Shown here: one piece after another, positions 8,855 through 17,056 of the stretch
Layout of the letters: each line of letters begins with the position of its first letter
Position numbering within the stretch: the first letter of the stretch is position 1
DNA from: Burkholderiales bacterium
GTDB taxonomy: Bacteria > Pseudomonadota > Gammaproteobacteria > Burkholderiales > JAEUOS01
Direction: 5' to 3'
NCBI GenBank assembly: GCA_043775155.1
Contig: JAYVSR010000135.1
Location: 1 to 38,022, forward strand
Length of the DNA: 38,022 bases
Program-made: the position numbers and the translations under genes
Notes under the pieces: model-generated
The model's database searches: none
What the model saw: only the letters and a program-made list of their open reading frames with translations
Told to the model about the DNA's origin: nothing

Positions 8855-10633
8855 ATGCCTGCAATTGAGTCCTACCGTAACCGCGCGCTGATATTTGCGC
8901 TGCTACTGCTATTGACACTGCAAGCTTCGGCAGACGGCGGCTGGCGGCCGATGCTGTTTTTTGCGCACATTGGCACAGCATTGTTGTGGCAGCCATTGGT
9001 GCCTCACAAACGCAACTTGACGCCATGGCAAATCGCGCTGGTGGCGGGCGTGGGCGCGCTGCTTGCCGCATTGTTGAGTCCGTGGGTGTTGCTGGCCTGG
9101 ACGATCTTGATTACCGGCCTCGCGGCAGGCCGCATCACAATGCTGGCCCCGAGGACTGAGCGCGCGTTCTACGTCGCTATTTTGGCGTTCATGGTGGTGG
9201 TGATGTTTTTGTTGCTGGTGCCCGGATTGTTGCCCTCCTACTTGCAGGCAGGCTTGCCGAGCGAGACGGCGCGTGATTGGCTGACAGGCGGTTTGGCTGT
9301 GGTCTTGTTGCCACTGGCGGTACTGGCGTGGCGCGCCGATATTGCCGCAGTTGCACACCCCGCAGCGAGTCGTCAAATCGTCGGCACCTACGATCTGGTC
9401 TACACCGCGTGGGTCGTGGGGCTGCTGCTGCTATTGATTTTTTTTTGCATCGCGCTGATGGCCCTGACCCGGTATGGTTACCTGCAAAGCATGGCCATCA
9501 CGCTGATTGGATTCAGCTCGTTGCTGCTGACGTTCTCGTGGGTATGGGCGGGAGTCGATCATGGCGGCCGGGACGGCACCGGCGGTGGTCTGTCGGTGCT
9601 GCTATCGCGTTATCTACTGTCTTTTGGTTTGCCATATGAAAAATGGCTCGACAAATTAACCACGCTGAACCGCACGCAAACCGACCCGGTGCGTTTTTTT
9701 GATGGTGCCATGCAGGCACTCGGTGATTTGGCGATTGTGGCCGGCGCCGAATGGACCGGCACCTCAATGAAAGGCGGCTTCGGCGCAACCGAAGGCGGGG
9801 AAGCCGTGCGCATCACCGCGCAAACCAGCGAAAACGACACTGTCCGTCAAGTCGAGGTGCTGCTGCGCACGCGCGAGCCGCTGTCGCCGGCATTCCTATG
9901 GCACTTTCAACTGTTGATTGGTCTCGCAGCAGAGTTCTACTGGGCCAAAACACGCGAGGCGCGCCTCCTGCAGCGCAACTATTTGCGTGCGGTGCATGAG
10001 ACCGGGGCGCGCCTGACACACGACATCAAGAACCTCCTGCAATCGCTCAACGGCCTAGTCGAGGCGATTGACTATGTTGAAGATGACCGCCAGGTGCGAA
10101 AGCTGGTCGGCCGGCAATTGCCTGCCATTTCGGCACGGCTGGCGGCAACGCTCGCCAAGCTGCAACAACCATCGACAGACAGTCAGCGCCTGCGCAATTT
10201 GTCTGCATGGTGGGACGGTCTGACAAAACGCTACGCGCCTGAGGGCATTCACTTTCGCGATCCGCAGTGGGACCACGATCTGCCCATCGTTGAGGCTCTG
10301 CTCGACAGTGCAGCAGACAACCTGATTCGAAACGCGGTGCGCAAACGTGCGGTCGAGCCGGGTGTAGTCATCACGGCGTCGCTCACTTGCCGCGTTGGCG
10401 AAATTGAATTTGCGGTCGAAGATGGCGGCGCCGCAGTGGACGATGAGGTTGCACGACAGTTGTTTAATTCGCCAGTCGCCTCGCGCGACGGTTTGGGCAT
10501 CGGCCTGTTCCAACTCCAGGAGCAAGCAGCAGAACTCGGATATGCCGTCTCTCTGGCGGAAAACCGGTGCGGTTGCGTTAGATTTGTGCTGACCAATCGC
10601 GCTGCCGCGCGGTCGGTGAATTGGCGGGCGTGA
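8855..10633 (+). CDS. Multi-TM sensor histidine kinase (PrsK-like H-box)
   Basis: Roughly 8-9 hydrophobic segments, H-box LTHDIKNLL, N-box DNLIRNA, VEDGG, G2 box GLGIGLF. Start moved to ATG 8855. Confidence 0.88.
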   Translation: MPAIESYRNRALIFALLLLLTLQASADGGWRPMLFFAHIGTALLWQPLVPHKRNLTPWQIALVAGVGALLAALLSPWVLLAWTILITGLAAGRITMLAPRTERAFYVAILAFMVVVMFLLLVPGLLPSYLQAGLPSETARDWLTGGLAVVLLPLAVLAWRADIAAVAHPAASRQIVGTYDLVYTAWVVGLLLLLIFFCIALMALTRYGYLQSMAITLIGFSSLLLTFSWVWAGVDHGGRDGTGGGLSVLLSRYLLSFGLPYEKWLDKLTTLNRTQTDPVRFFDGAMQALGDLAIVAGAEWTGTSMKGGFGATEGGEAVRITAQTSENDTVRQVEVLLRTREPLSPAFLWHFQLLIGLAAEFYWAKTREARLLQRNYLRAVHETGARLTHDIKNLLQSLNGLVEAIDYVEDDRQVRKLVGRQLPAISARLAATLAKLQQPSTDSQRLRNLSAWWDGLTKRYAPEGIHFRDPQWDHDLPIVEALLDSAADNLIRNAVRKRAVEPGVVITASLTCRVGEIEFAVEDGGAAVDDEVARQLFNSPVASRDGLGIGLFQLQEQAAELGYAVSLAENRCGCVRFVLTNRAAARSVNWRA

Positions 10634-10681
10634 TCGGTCTAAAACCGTTGGTGGAAGCGGGTCTTGGCCGGTCGCAGCTGG

Positions 10682-11572
10682 TTAAGGCATGCGGTTGGCG
10701 ACCACCATGCGGCTGATCAGGGTATGTGCCGAGACCCACACAAGCTGGTCATCAAATTCGCACATTTCGCTCGTGCCCGTCGTATCGCTGCAGGTGTTTG
10801 CCGCATCTTTTGAGTTGCGGACGATAAACGCCAGTGCAAACGACGCGCCGGCCGCCAGCGCAGCGTTGGGGTTGGTCGTGGCGTTCGCGGTTTCATCGAC
10901 GTTCGCTGCCGGTGCCCCTGGCCGTACTGTGCCGCCCGCTTGCGTTGCGCCGTAGCCATTTTTGCCAAACGACCAGACGATCGCGGTGGCGCCGGGCGGG
11001 TTTGCCCCGGCCCCGCCTGCCAGAGTGGTTTTCGATTTATCGGCATTCCGTTGATTGATCACAATTGCGCCGGACGTGGCGGCGGCGTAGGACAGGCCGT
11101 ACAGCACACTCGATGGCCGCGGTGAGGTATCGGACGCCACAGAAAATTCATCGGATACGCGATATCCGAAACGATTGTTCCAAGCGTCGCCTTCGCTCAT
11201 ATTGAGTGAGGCCCAAGGAAACGTGCCGATGACGTTACTGCAAGCGCCGGTGTTGGCACCCGCTGCGATCCGGTCTTCAAGACCGTCGCCGGTGCTGTCG
11301 GGGCAGGGCAGCCGCTTGTAGATGACGGCATAGCCCAATAACGACTCGCGAATTTCTTCGAGTTGTCGTTGTGTGCTGTTGACCTGACTTTGCTCGACCT
11401 GGCGGCTGAGCGGGCCGAGCAATCCGCCAATCAACAGCGCAATAATGACCATGCTGATGGCGAGTTCGGCCAGGGTGAAGCCGTGTTGGCGCGTTCTGAA
11501 GCCGTGTTGGCGCGCCCTGCAGCCGTGTTGCTGCGCCGGCGTGGCGAATGGGGTTATTGAATGCCGTACCAC
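10682..11572 (-). CDS. Minor pilin / pseudopilin (prepilin-type N-terminal cleavage/methylation domain)
   Basis: RQHG|FTLAELAISMVIIALLIGG; RLPCPD, FPWASL and FDDQLVWVS motifs. Confidence 0.88.
   Translation of the reverse strand: MVRHSITPFATPAQQHGCRARQHGFRTRQHGFTLAELAISMVIIALLIGGLLGPLSRQVEQSQVNSTQRQLEEIRESLLGYAVIYKRLPCPDSTGDGLEDRIAAGANTGACSNVIGTFPWASLNMSEGDAWNNRFGYRVSDEFSVASDTSPRPSSVLYGLSYAAATSGAIVINQRNADKSKTTLAGGAGANPPGATAIVWSFGKNGYGATQAGGTVRPGAPAANVDETANATTNPNAALAAGASFALAFIVRNSKDAANTCSDTTGTSEMCEFDDQLVWVSAHTLISRMVVANRMP
11477..11539. repeat. 3 x 21-bp tandem repeat in the prepilin leader
   Basis: gaagccgtgttggcgcgttct / gaagccgtgttggcgcgccct / gcagccgtgttgctgcgccgg, encoding PAQQHGC-RARQHGF-RTRQHGF. 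Confidence 0.9.
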
Positions 11573-12939
11573 GTGGAGAGGCCGTTGATGGTGATTCGCA
11601 GCGTTACTTTGTAAGCACCCGATTTTCCGGGAATCGAGAGTGAGCCGGCACCGCTCCAGCCGCCTGCAACTGCGTGCGTTGGTGAGACCGCATAGTCAAC
11701 CACGCGTTGCCAACTGTCCCAGTACAAATTGCTGAAGAACGGACAGTAGGGGAGCCAGTCAGCGAGCGAACCGGTGTCATCCCAATAGCTGCTGGGCAGG
11801 TAACCGCTCGTCGCACCAGTATCGGCCCGGCGGTCCAGGGTATTGTCCGCAAATGGTGTCCGGTCATTCGTCTTCGCGAAGGCGTTTATGCAGCTGATCG
11901 CCTCGACCGCAATCCGGTCGCTTGCGACCTGCATTAACTCATCGATCGTGATGTAAACCAACCGGTCATTGCATGAGTACGGTTGAGTGAAGCGCGCGTC
12001 TTTCGTCGTTGTCACAGCAGGCACGCATTGAATGAATTCCATCGGTGACGTCGCCGCTGTGCGGTATCGTGCGTTGTCACAAAACCCGCCGGTGCATTGG
12101 GTGTTGCGTACTGTGTCCAAAAATTGATCCGGGTTGACGCGCACCGTTCCGCGGCTGGCCTGCGTCAGGGTGCCGGTTTGCCGCGCCGCCGGAGGGCCGG
12201 GCAAGAGGATGACGGCTGCGACCCGGTTCGAAATAATGGCACCAAACGGATCGCGCACCACTAGCCAGGGGAACGGTCGCGTCGCTGCGCCGGCCACCGT
12301 ACCGCACCCCGTCGCGCCGGCGGTTGCAATCGAGGCGTCCAGCCGCGCCGGACATTCGGCACCATAGCTGTGATCGACCAAATTTGCCGAGACGGCGTAC
12401 CACGGAACCACTCCAGCACCGTCCGTCGTACCGTCCTGACGCAGATTTACACCGAGCATGCGCCAAGGTAGTTTGCCGAGGCACCGAATCGTAGTCGGTG
12501 CGAGATAGGGTGTGACCAGAGTTTGGCTTGCGGCGACCGTCCAGGTGCGAATAATGCAGCCGAGATCTTGCATGCCGTCATACAAGATTGGACCCGAAGA
12601 AGTCGCCGTGCCGTAGACATCCGGGTACGGCAGCGCACCAGGCCGCACGGCCCGGTATCCCTGCGTGCTGGTGATGTCGACCGACCGTGACCACGCCAAC
12701 AAGGCGTCTTTTGCCAGGGCGAGTGTTTTGGTTGCCTCGGCGGATTCCCCCCCCCCCTTGGCGCCGGCGAGATTCAAGGCGCGAATTCCCAGCGTGCCGC
12801 CCAGCACCAGCACGATGAAAATCAGTAACAACAGGGCGACGCCCCGCTGGCGATGGGTGCAGGCGAGGTACCGCCGGTCGCGCTGCTTGCTCGCGTCACC
12901 GTGGGTCTGCACCCACCGGAGAGTTGGCTGGCTCGCCAT
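11554..12939 (-). CDS. Large Cys-rich minor pilin, GspK/PilX-like N-terminus (no Glu5)
   Basis: RQRG|VALLLLIFIVLVLGG; 10 Cys after the cleavage site; motifs shared with 10682-11572. Confidence 0.78.
   Translation of the reverse strand: MASQPTLRWVQTHGDASKQRDRRYLACTHRQRGVALLLLIFIVLVLGGTLGIRALNLAGAKGGGESAEATKTLALAKDALLAWSRSVDITSTQGYRAVRPGALPYPDVYGTATSSGPILYDGMQDLGCIIRTWTVAASQTLVTPYLAPTTIRCLGKLPWRMLGVNLRQDGTTDGAGVVPWYAVSANLVDHSYGAECPARLDASIATAGATGCGTVAGAATRPFPWLVVRDPFGAIISNRVAAVILLPGPPAARQTGTLTQASRGTVRVNPDQFLDTVRNTQCTGGFCDNARYRTAATSPMEFIQCVPAVTTTKDARFTQPYSCNDRLVYITIDELMQVASDRIAVEAISCINAFAKTNDRTPFADNTLDRRADTGATSGYLPSSYWDDTGSLADWLPYCPFFSNLYWDSWQRVVDYAVSPTHAVAGGWSGAGSLSIPGKSGAYKVTLRITINGLSTWYGIQ
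12747..12757 (-). repeat. G11 homopolymer in the coding strand of the minor pilin
   Basis: Plus strand has C x11; coding strand reads AAG GGG GGG GGG GAA (KGGGE). Confidence 0.9.
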
Positions 12940-12948
12940 GCGAAGTCG

Positions 12949-13530
12949 TTACCTGGGGGCGGTGGTTGAATGCGTCGACGCCCGGGGCGGTGGATTCGCA
13001 CCGGGCGTGGGTGTCGCGGCAACAGTAGCGCCGCTGGCTCGTGGTTCGGCCAGCGGACTGCCAGATTGGAGCGGCACCGTCGTCTGATAGCCATCCATCG
13101 TCCGCCCATTGGTGAGATCCACCATCTGACCTGGCCGTGCCGACACGACCGGCCCGCCATCGGCCTGGATCCGCACCGATTGATTGGACTGCGGTGCAAT
13201 TGTCACGCCGGCTGGGCCTTCGCCTTGACGGACTTCTTTGCCGTCGAGAAACAGGATGGGTGTTTTGCCCGGCCTGACGATGATGCCGTTGACGATGACA
13301 GTCTGAGGCGCGTTGGTGTCGGCTGGCGCACCGCGCCGCAGGTCGAGCGCTTGCCGTTCTGCGGGCGTGTAGAAAAGGCGGCCGAGGCGGTTGTCTTGGC
13401 TCTGCGCTTGACCGCAGATACAGATCAACACAGACACCAGCAGCGCGAACAATTGGCGCGGCGTCAGAAGGCGCGGCCACCCCAGAAGGTCGCGTCGCCT
13501 GACGGGATGGCGTGATCCGTGGTGGCTCAT
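12949..13530 (-). CDS. Exported pilus assembly accessory protein (PilP/MshK-like by position)
   Basis: Hydrophobic signal, LGRLFYTPAERQALD, short beta-rich domain, Pro/Thr tail; ATGA-coupled to the upstream gene. Confidence 0.65.
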   Translation of the reverse strand: MSHHGSRHPVRRRDLLGWPRLLTPRQLFALLVSVLICICGQAQSQDNRLGRLFYTPAERQALDLRRGAPADTNAPQTVIVNGIIVRPGKTPILFLDGKEVRQGEGPAGVTIAPQSNQSVRIQADGGPVVSARPGQMVDLTNGRTMDGYQTTVPLQSGSPLAEPRASGATVAATPTPGANPPPRASTHSTTAPR

Positions 13531-14231
13531 CGGTTGCCCTTTGCCGCCGCGCTGGCGGCAGGTACGGCGTCTTCAACGAGCGTGATCCAGTCAATTTCAC
13601 AGGTGGCCGCGAGATTGCCGGCTGCCGCTGCGCTGCCTAAACCGAAACTGCTGGTCACGCGTGCGGCCCCACCCGCCCCCGCACGCGCGGTTCCCGGCTT
13701 GGCACTTTGCAGTGTGCATTGTTCGATCTGAAAAATCCCGGCGGGCGGGCTGGCGAGCCGCCGCAGGTAGCCGATGAAATCTCCTTCATGCACCAGACCA
13801 AGTTCGAGTTTCATCCGGCTCGCTTGCAGCGACCAGCCGCTCGCTGGCGCAGCGCCAGTGTCATACGGCCGGCGCGCGGCAATCGAGTACACCACACGTG
13901 GCAGCGCTTGGGCCTCGCGCGCCTCGACGACACGTTCAACCCAGTCGAGCCGCTCACCCTGCTCGGCACTTTGGGGGCTAGTGGGGCGGATCGCGTTCAT
14001 CTTGACATAGCGCTTGTATCGCTCCTGATAGGCAGTGATTTGCTGGCTCTCGTCGTTGGCACGTGCCAGGCGGCCACTTGCATCGAGCGCTTGTTTGCGC
14101 ATTTGCAGTTCACGATTGGCTGCATCGGCTTTGAGCCAGTTTCCAGCCCAAGCGGCACCGATGCCAAGAACTGCGAGTGCGGTACCCAAACCGGCAGCGA
14201 CTGACAGCTCGCGCATCTGTTGGGAGTTCAT
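13527..14231 (-). CDS. PilO/MshJ/GspM-like inner-membrane alignment protein
   Basis: N-terminal TM, coiled coil, then SRMKLELGLVHEGD...CEIDWIT domain; ATGA overlaps on both sides. Confidence 0.7.
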   Translation of the reverse strand: MNSQQMRELSVAAGLGTALAVLGIGAAWAGNWLKADAANRELQMRKQALDASGRLARANDESQQITAYQERYKRYVKMNAIRPTSPQSAEQGERLDWVERVVEAREAQALPRVVYSIAARRPYDTGAAPASGWSLQASRMKLELGLVHEGDFIGYLRRLASPPAGIFQIEQCTLQSAKPGTARAGAGGAARVTSSFGLGSAAAAGNLAATCEIDWITLVEDAVPAASAAAKGNR

Positions 14232-15841
14232 GGGGGCACCTTGCGGGTGACGCGCAACACGATCGGCTCGGCCGCTTCGCTGGCGTTGTCATCGTCGCCA
14301 CCTTTGAGCGCGCCGGTCGGTGACACATCCATCGGCAGGCGTACGGCGGTGACTTCCACCCCCGGGATGGACCGCAGCGCGTCGATGGCGGCGCGTGCCG
14401 CCGCCACCTTGCGGCGTGGCGTCGCGGCGCGCTCCTGCGACAGCGCGCCGGTGAGAATCACGACCTCGTAGCGGTCGGCTACAGGCACGCCTGCGGCGCC
14501 CGGCGCGGCGGGTGCGCGCGGCGCTGCTGCGGGGAGGGCCGCGCCGCCATTGGCGGCGGCATCGGGATTATTGCTGGTGAGCCAATCAATTTTGTCAATT
14601 GCAAATGCCGGCGCCTGCATGAGTGCTTGACTGATCTGTATCAGGATCGGCTCAGGACTAAGCGGATGGGTCGCCAACGGGTCGAGTGCGAGAACCGCAC
14701 TTTTGAGCAGATCTGGCGTGATCAATGTTTTTGGGAATGACTTTGCAATATTTTGATACTGCGCGTTGGCCCGGGCGACACTGGCCATGTGGGCATCGGT
14801 GCCCGCGTCGATCGCGCTCGCCTGGCTATACAAAATACCGCCTGCGGCAAGACCGGCGGCACAGGCCACTGCGCCAGCAGTGACAATGCCGGCGCGCCAG
14901 CGCCAAAGTCTGAAATGGTCGCTCACCCAGGACGGCGCCAGATTCACGCGCGGAATGGTGCGGAGCGCACCCGCCGCCCACTGCGCGTCGGCAAAACGAG
15001 CGTCCGTGCCGCTGGTTTCCAGCCCAGTATGGGGTCCCACAGAATCGGATAAATCGGCGAGATCAAACTCGAGCCTTTCTGTATTGACGCACGTGGTACG
15101 CCAAGCTGCCTTAACCCCCGGCGGACACAACACCAGCACCGCTAACGGGCCAGAGGTACGTTGTAGCCAGCGCATGGTGGCAAGGTACTGCTGGGTGCGC
15201 ATGATTTCTGCGGCGATCCGGGGACCGGCTGCAATCAGATCGTCCAGTTGGATCGATGCGAGGCGGGAAAACCGGGGTTGGCCATTTTCCAGATACACCT
15301 GACGCAGACCGGCGCGATTGAGCGTGACGGCCAGTACGCCGCGCCCCGCCAGTGCAGCGTGCTGACCCAGCCAAGCCGAGGCAACCGCGGGCGAATAAAC
15401 ACCGCGCACCTGATTCTGCGCCGCATGCATGACCTCAAGCCAGGGATCGAGCGCTTGCTGATTGGTCAGCGCCATAAATAGTACCTGCTCATCGCGCCGC
15501 CGCGAATTGGCCGCCGGATTTGCTTCGCGCCCGATCGACGCGCAAGCGCGGTAAGGCATGCTGCGATACAACTGGTCGAACTTGCGCGCCAGCAACTTGC
15601 TGCGGGTCGGGCCGATGACGTAAGGAATCGTCTCAAACTGAAAGTCTTCTTCGACCAAATCGGCGAGCACGACAAACTGGCTGCGCCGGCGGCTCTGGCA
15701 GTAACCCTGAAACAACTCCATCTCATCCAGGGCAAAGGCTGCTTCGAGAGTCAGTTTGCCGCGGCTCAGCAGATAGGCCTCTGCGCCTCCAGCGTGAATC
15801 ATCAGGGCACGCCGGCGAATGCCGGGCAAGGAAAAATTCAT
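14228..15841 (-). CDS. PilM-PilN-like / GspL-like (MshI-like) alignment protein
   Basis: Cytoplasmic domain (DLVEEDFQFETIP, GLRQVYLENGQPRFSRL), one TM around residue 320, periplasmic domain; coupled to the GspF gene. Confidence 0.7.
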   Translation of the reverse strand: MNFSLPGIRRRALMIHAGGAEAYLLSRGKLTLEAAFALDEMELFQGYCQSRRRSQFVVLADLVEEDFQFETIPYVIGPTRSKLLARKFDQLYRSMPYRACASIGREANPAANSRRRDEQVLFMALTNQQALDPWLEVMHAAQNQVRGVYSPAVASAWLGQHAALAGRGVLAVTLNRAGLRQVYLENGQPRFSRLASIQLDDLIAAGPRIAAEIMRTQQYLATMRWLQRTSGPLAVLVLCPPGVKAAWRTTCVNTERLEFDLADLSDSVGPHTGLETSGTDARFADAQWAAGALRTIPRVNLAPSWVSDHFRLWRWRAGIVTAGAVACAAGLAAGGILYSQASAIDAGTDAHMASVARANAQYQNIAKSFPKTLITPDLLKSAVLALDPLATHPLSPEPILIQISQALMQAPAFAIDKIDWLTSNNPDAAANGGAALPAAAPRAPAAPGAAGVPVADRYEVVILTGALSQERAATPRRKVAAARAAIDALRSIPGVEVTAVRLPMDVSPTGALKGGDDDNASEAAEPIVLRVTRKVPP

Positions 15842-17040
15842 AGCTTCAACTTGCTGATCGTGTCATACAGCGGGCCGAACACCGCAAGCAGCACCCAGGA
15901 CAGGACGACGCCCAGCACCAGCACCAAGGCCGGTTCGATCATTGCCTGCACCCGGTCAATGCTTTCCTTGACTTCACGATTGTAAAAATAGCTGACGTTG
16001 AGCAGCGCTTCATCGAGCGCGCCGGTGGTCTCACCGATCCGCAGCATGCGCAACACCAACGGTGGAAACAGCTTTACCGAATCAAACGCAACGCTGATGC
16101 CTTGGCCTTCGCGGATCAATGCGCCGGCGCGCGCCAAGCCCTCGCTGATCACGCGGTTGGCCGCGACGGTTTCTGAAATCTGCATCGCTTCTAGCACGGT
16201 GATGCCAGACGAATACATCAGCGCAAACGTGCTGGCAAAGCGGGTCAGAATAATCTTGCGCAAGATCGGGCCGATATACGGCAACCCGATCTTGACGCGA
16301 TCTGCAGTGTAGGCGAGCTGGTCGGAGGCGCGGATCGCGGCGAGCAGCGCAAAGATTGCCAGCACCGGCAGGCCGAACACGAGATACCAGTATTTGACGA
16401 CGAATTCGGACACGCCAATTAACAAGCGGGTTTGCAGCGGCAGGGCCTGATTCATGCTCTTGAGGAACTTGGCCATTTCCGGCACCAGAAACAGCAGCAA
16501 CATGGCGATCACCCCGAGTACGATGGAGCCAACAAAGGCGGGGTAGAGGACAATCTTTTTCGCGTGTGCCGCCAGCTCATCTTGCCACTTGAGCGTATCG
16601 GATAGGCGCTTCAACACCTCGACCAACTGGCCGGTGCGTTCACCGGCCGACACCAGGCTGACGAAGATGTCGCCAAACACTGCGGGTTGATCGGCCAGCG
16701 CTTGCGACAGCGATTTGCCGCCCTCAATCGCCTCGATCAAACTGCCTAGCACTTCGCGAAATGGCGCTGATTCGACGCTGTCGCGCAACTCCGCCAGGCC
16801 GTCGAGCAACGGCACCCCGGCGGCGGTCATCATCTCCATCTGAAAGCAAAAGGTGATCACGTCTTGCCGCGTGACCTTGCCGCCGAACAGCCGCCGTCTG
16901 CCCGACGCCGACTCGGCGGTCAATAAGTCGAGGCCGATGCGGGTTAAGCGTTGTTCAAGGTCAATCAGATTGGCGGCTTCAAGCCTGCCGCTGACGCGAT
17001 GGCCATCGTGATCAATCGATTTGTAAGCGAAGACCGCCAT
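15838..17040 (-). CDS. Type II secretion / type IV pilus platform protein (GspF/PilC/MshG family)
   Basis: MAVFAYKSID, AGVPLLDGL, GERTGQL, YPAFV, GETTGALDE, IEPALVLVLG. Confidence 0.94.
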   Translation of the reverse strand: MAVFAYKSIDHDGHRVSGRLEAANLIDLEQRLTRIGLDLLTAESASGRRRLFGGKVTRQDVITFCFQMEMMTAAGVPLLDGLAELRDSVESAPFREVLGSLIEAIEGGKSLSQALADQPAVFGDIFVSLVSAGERTGQLVEVLKRLSDTLKWQDELAAHAKKIVLYPAFVGSIVLGVIAMLLLFLVPEMAKFLKSMNQALPLQTRLLIGVSEFVVKYWYLVFGLPVLAIFALLAAIRASDQLAYTADRVKIGLPYIGPILRKIILTRFASTFALMYSSGITVLEAMQISETVAANRVISEGLARAGALIREGQGISVAFDSVKLFPPLVLRMLRIGETTGALDEALLNVSYFYNREVKESIDRVQAMIEPALVLVLGVVLSWVLLAVFGPLYDTISKLKL

Positions 17041-17056
17041 CGCTTCACCGCCGCCG

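Noticed and set aside
12896-13600. 234-aa same-strand ORF overlapping 12949-13530
   Set aside because: Arg/Pro-rich off-frame translation; the 193-aa frame has the signal peptide, conserved motif and ATGA coupling.
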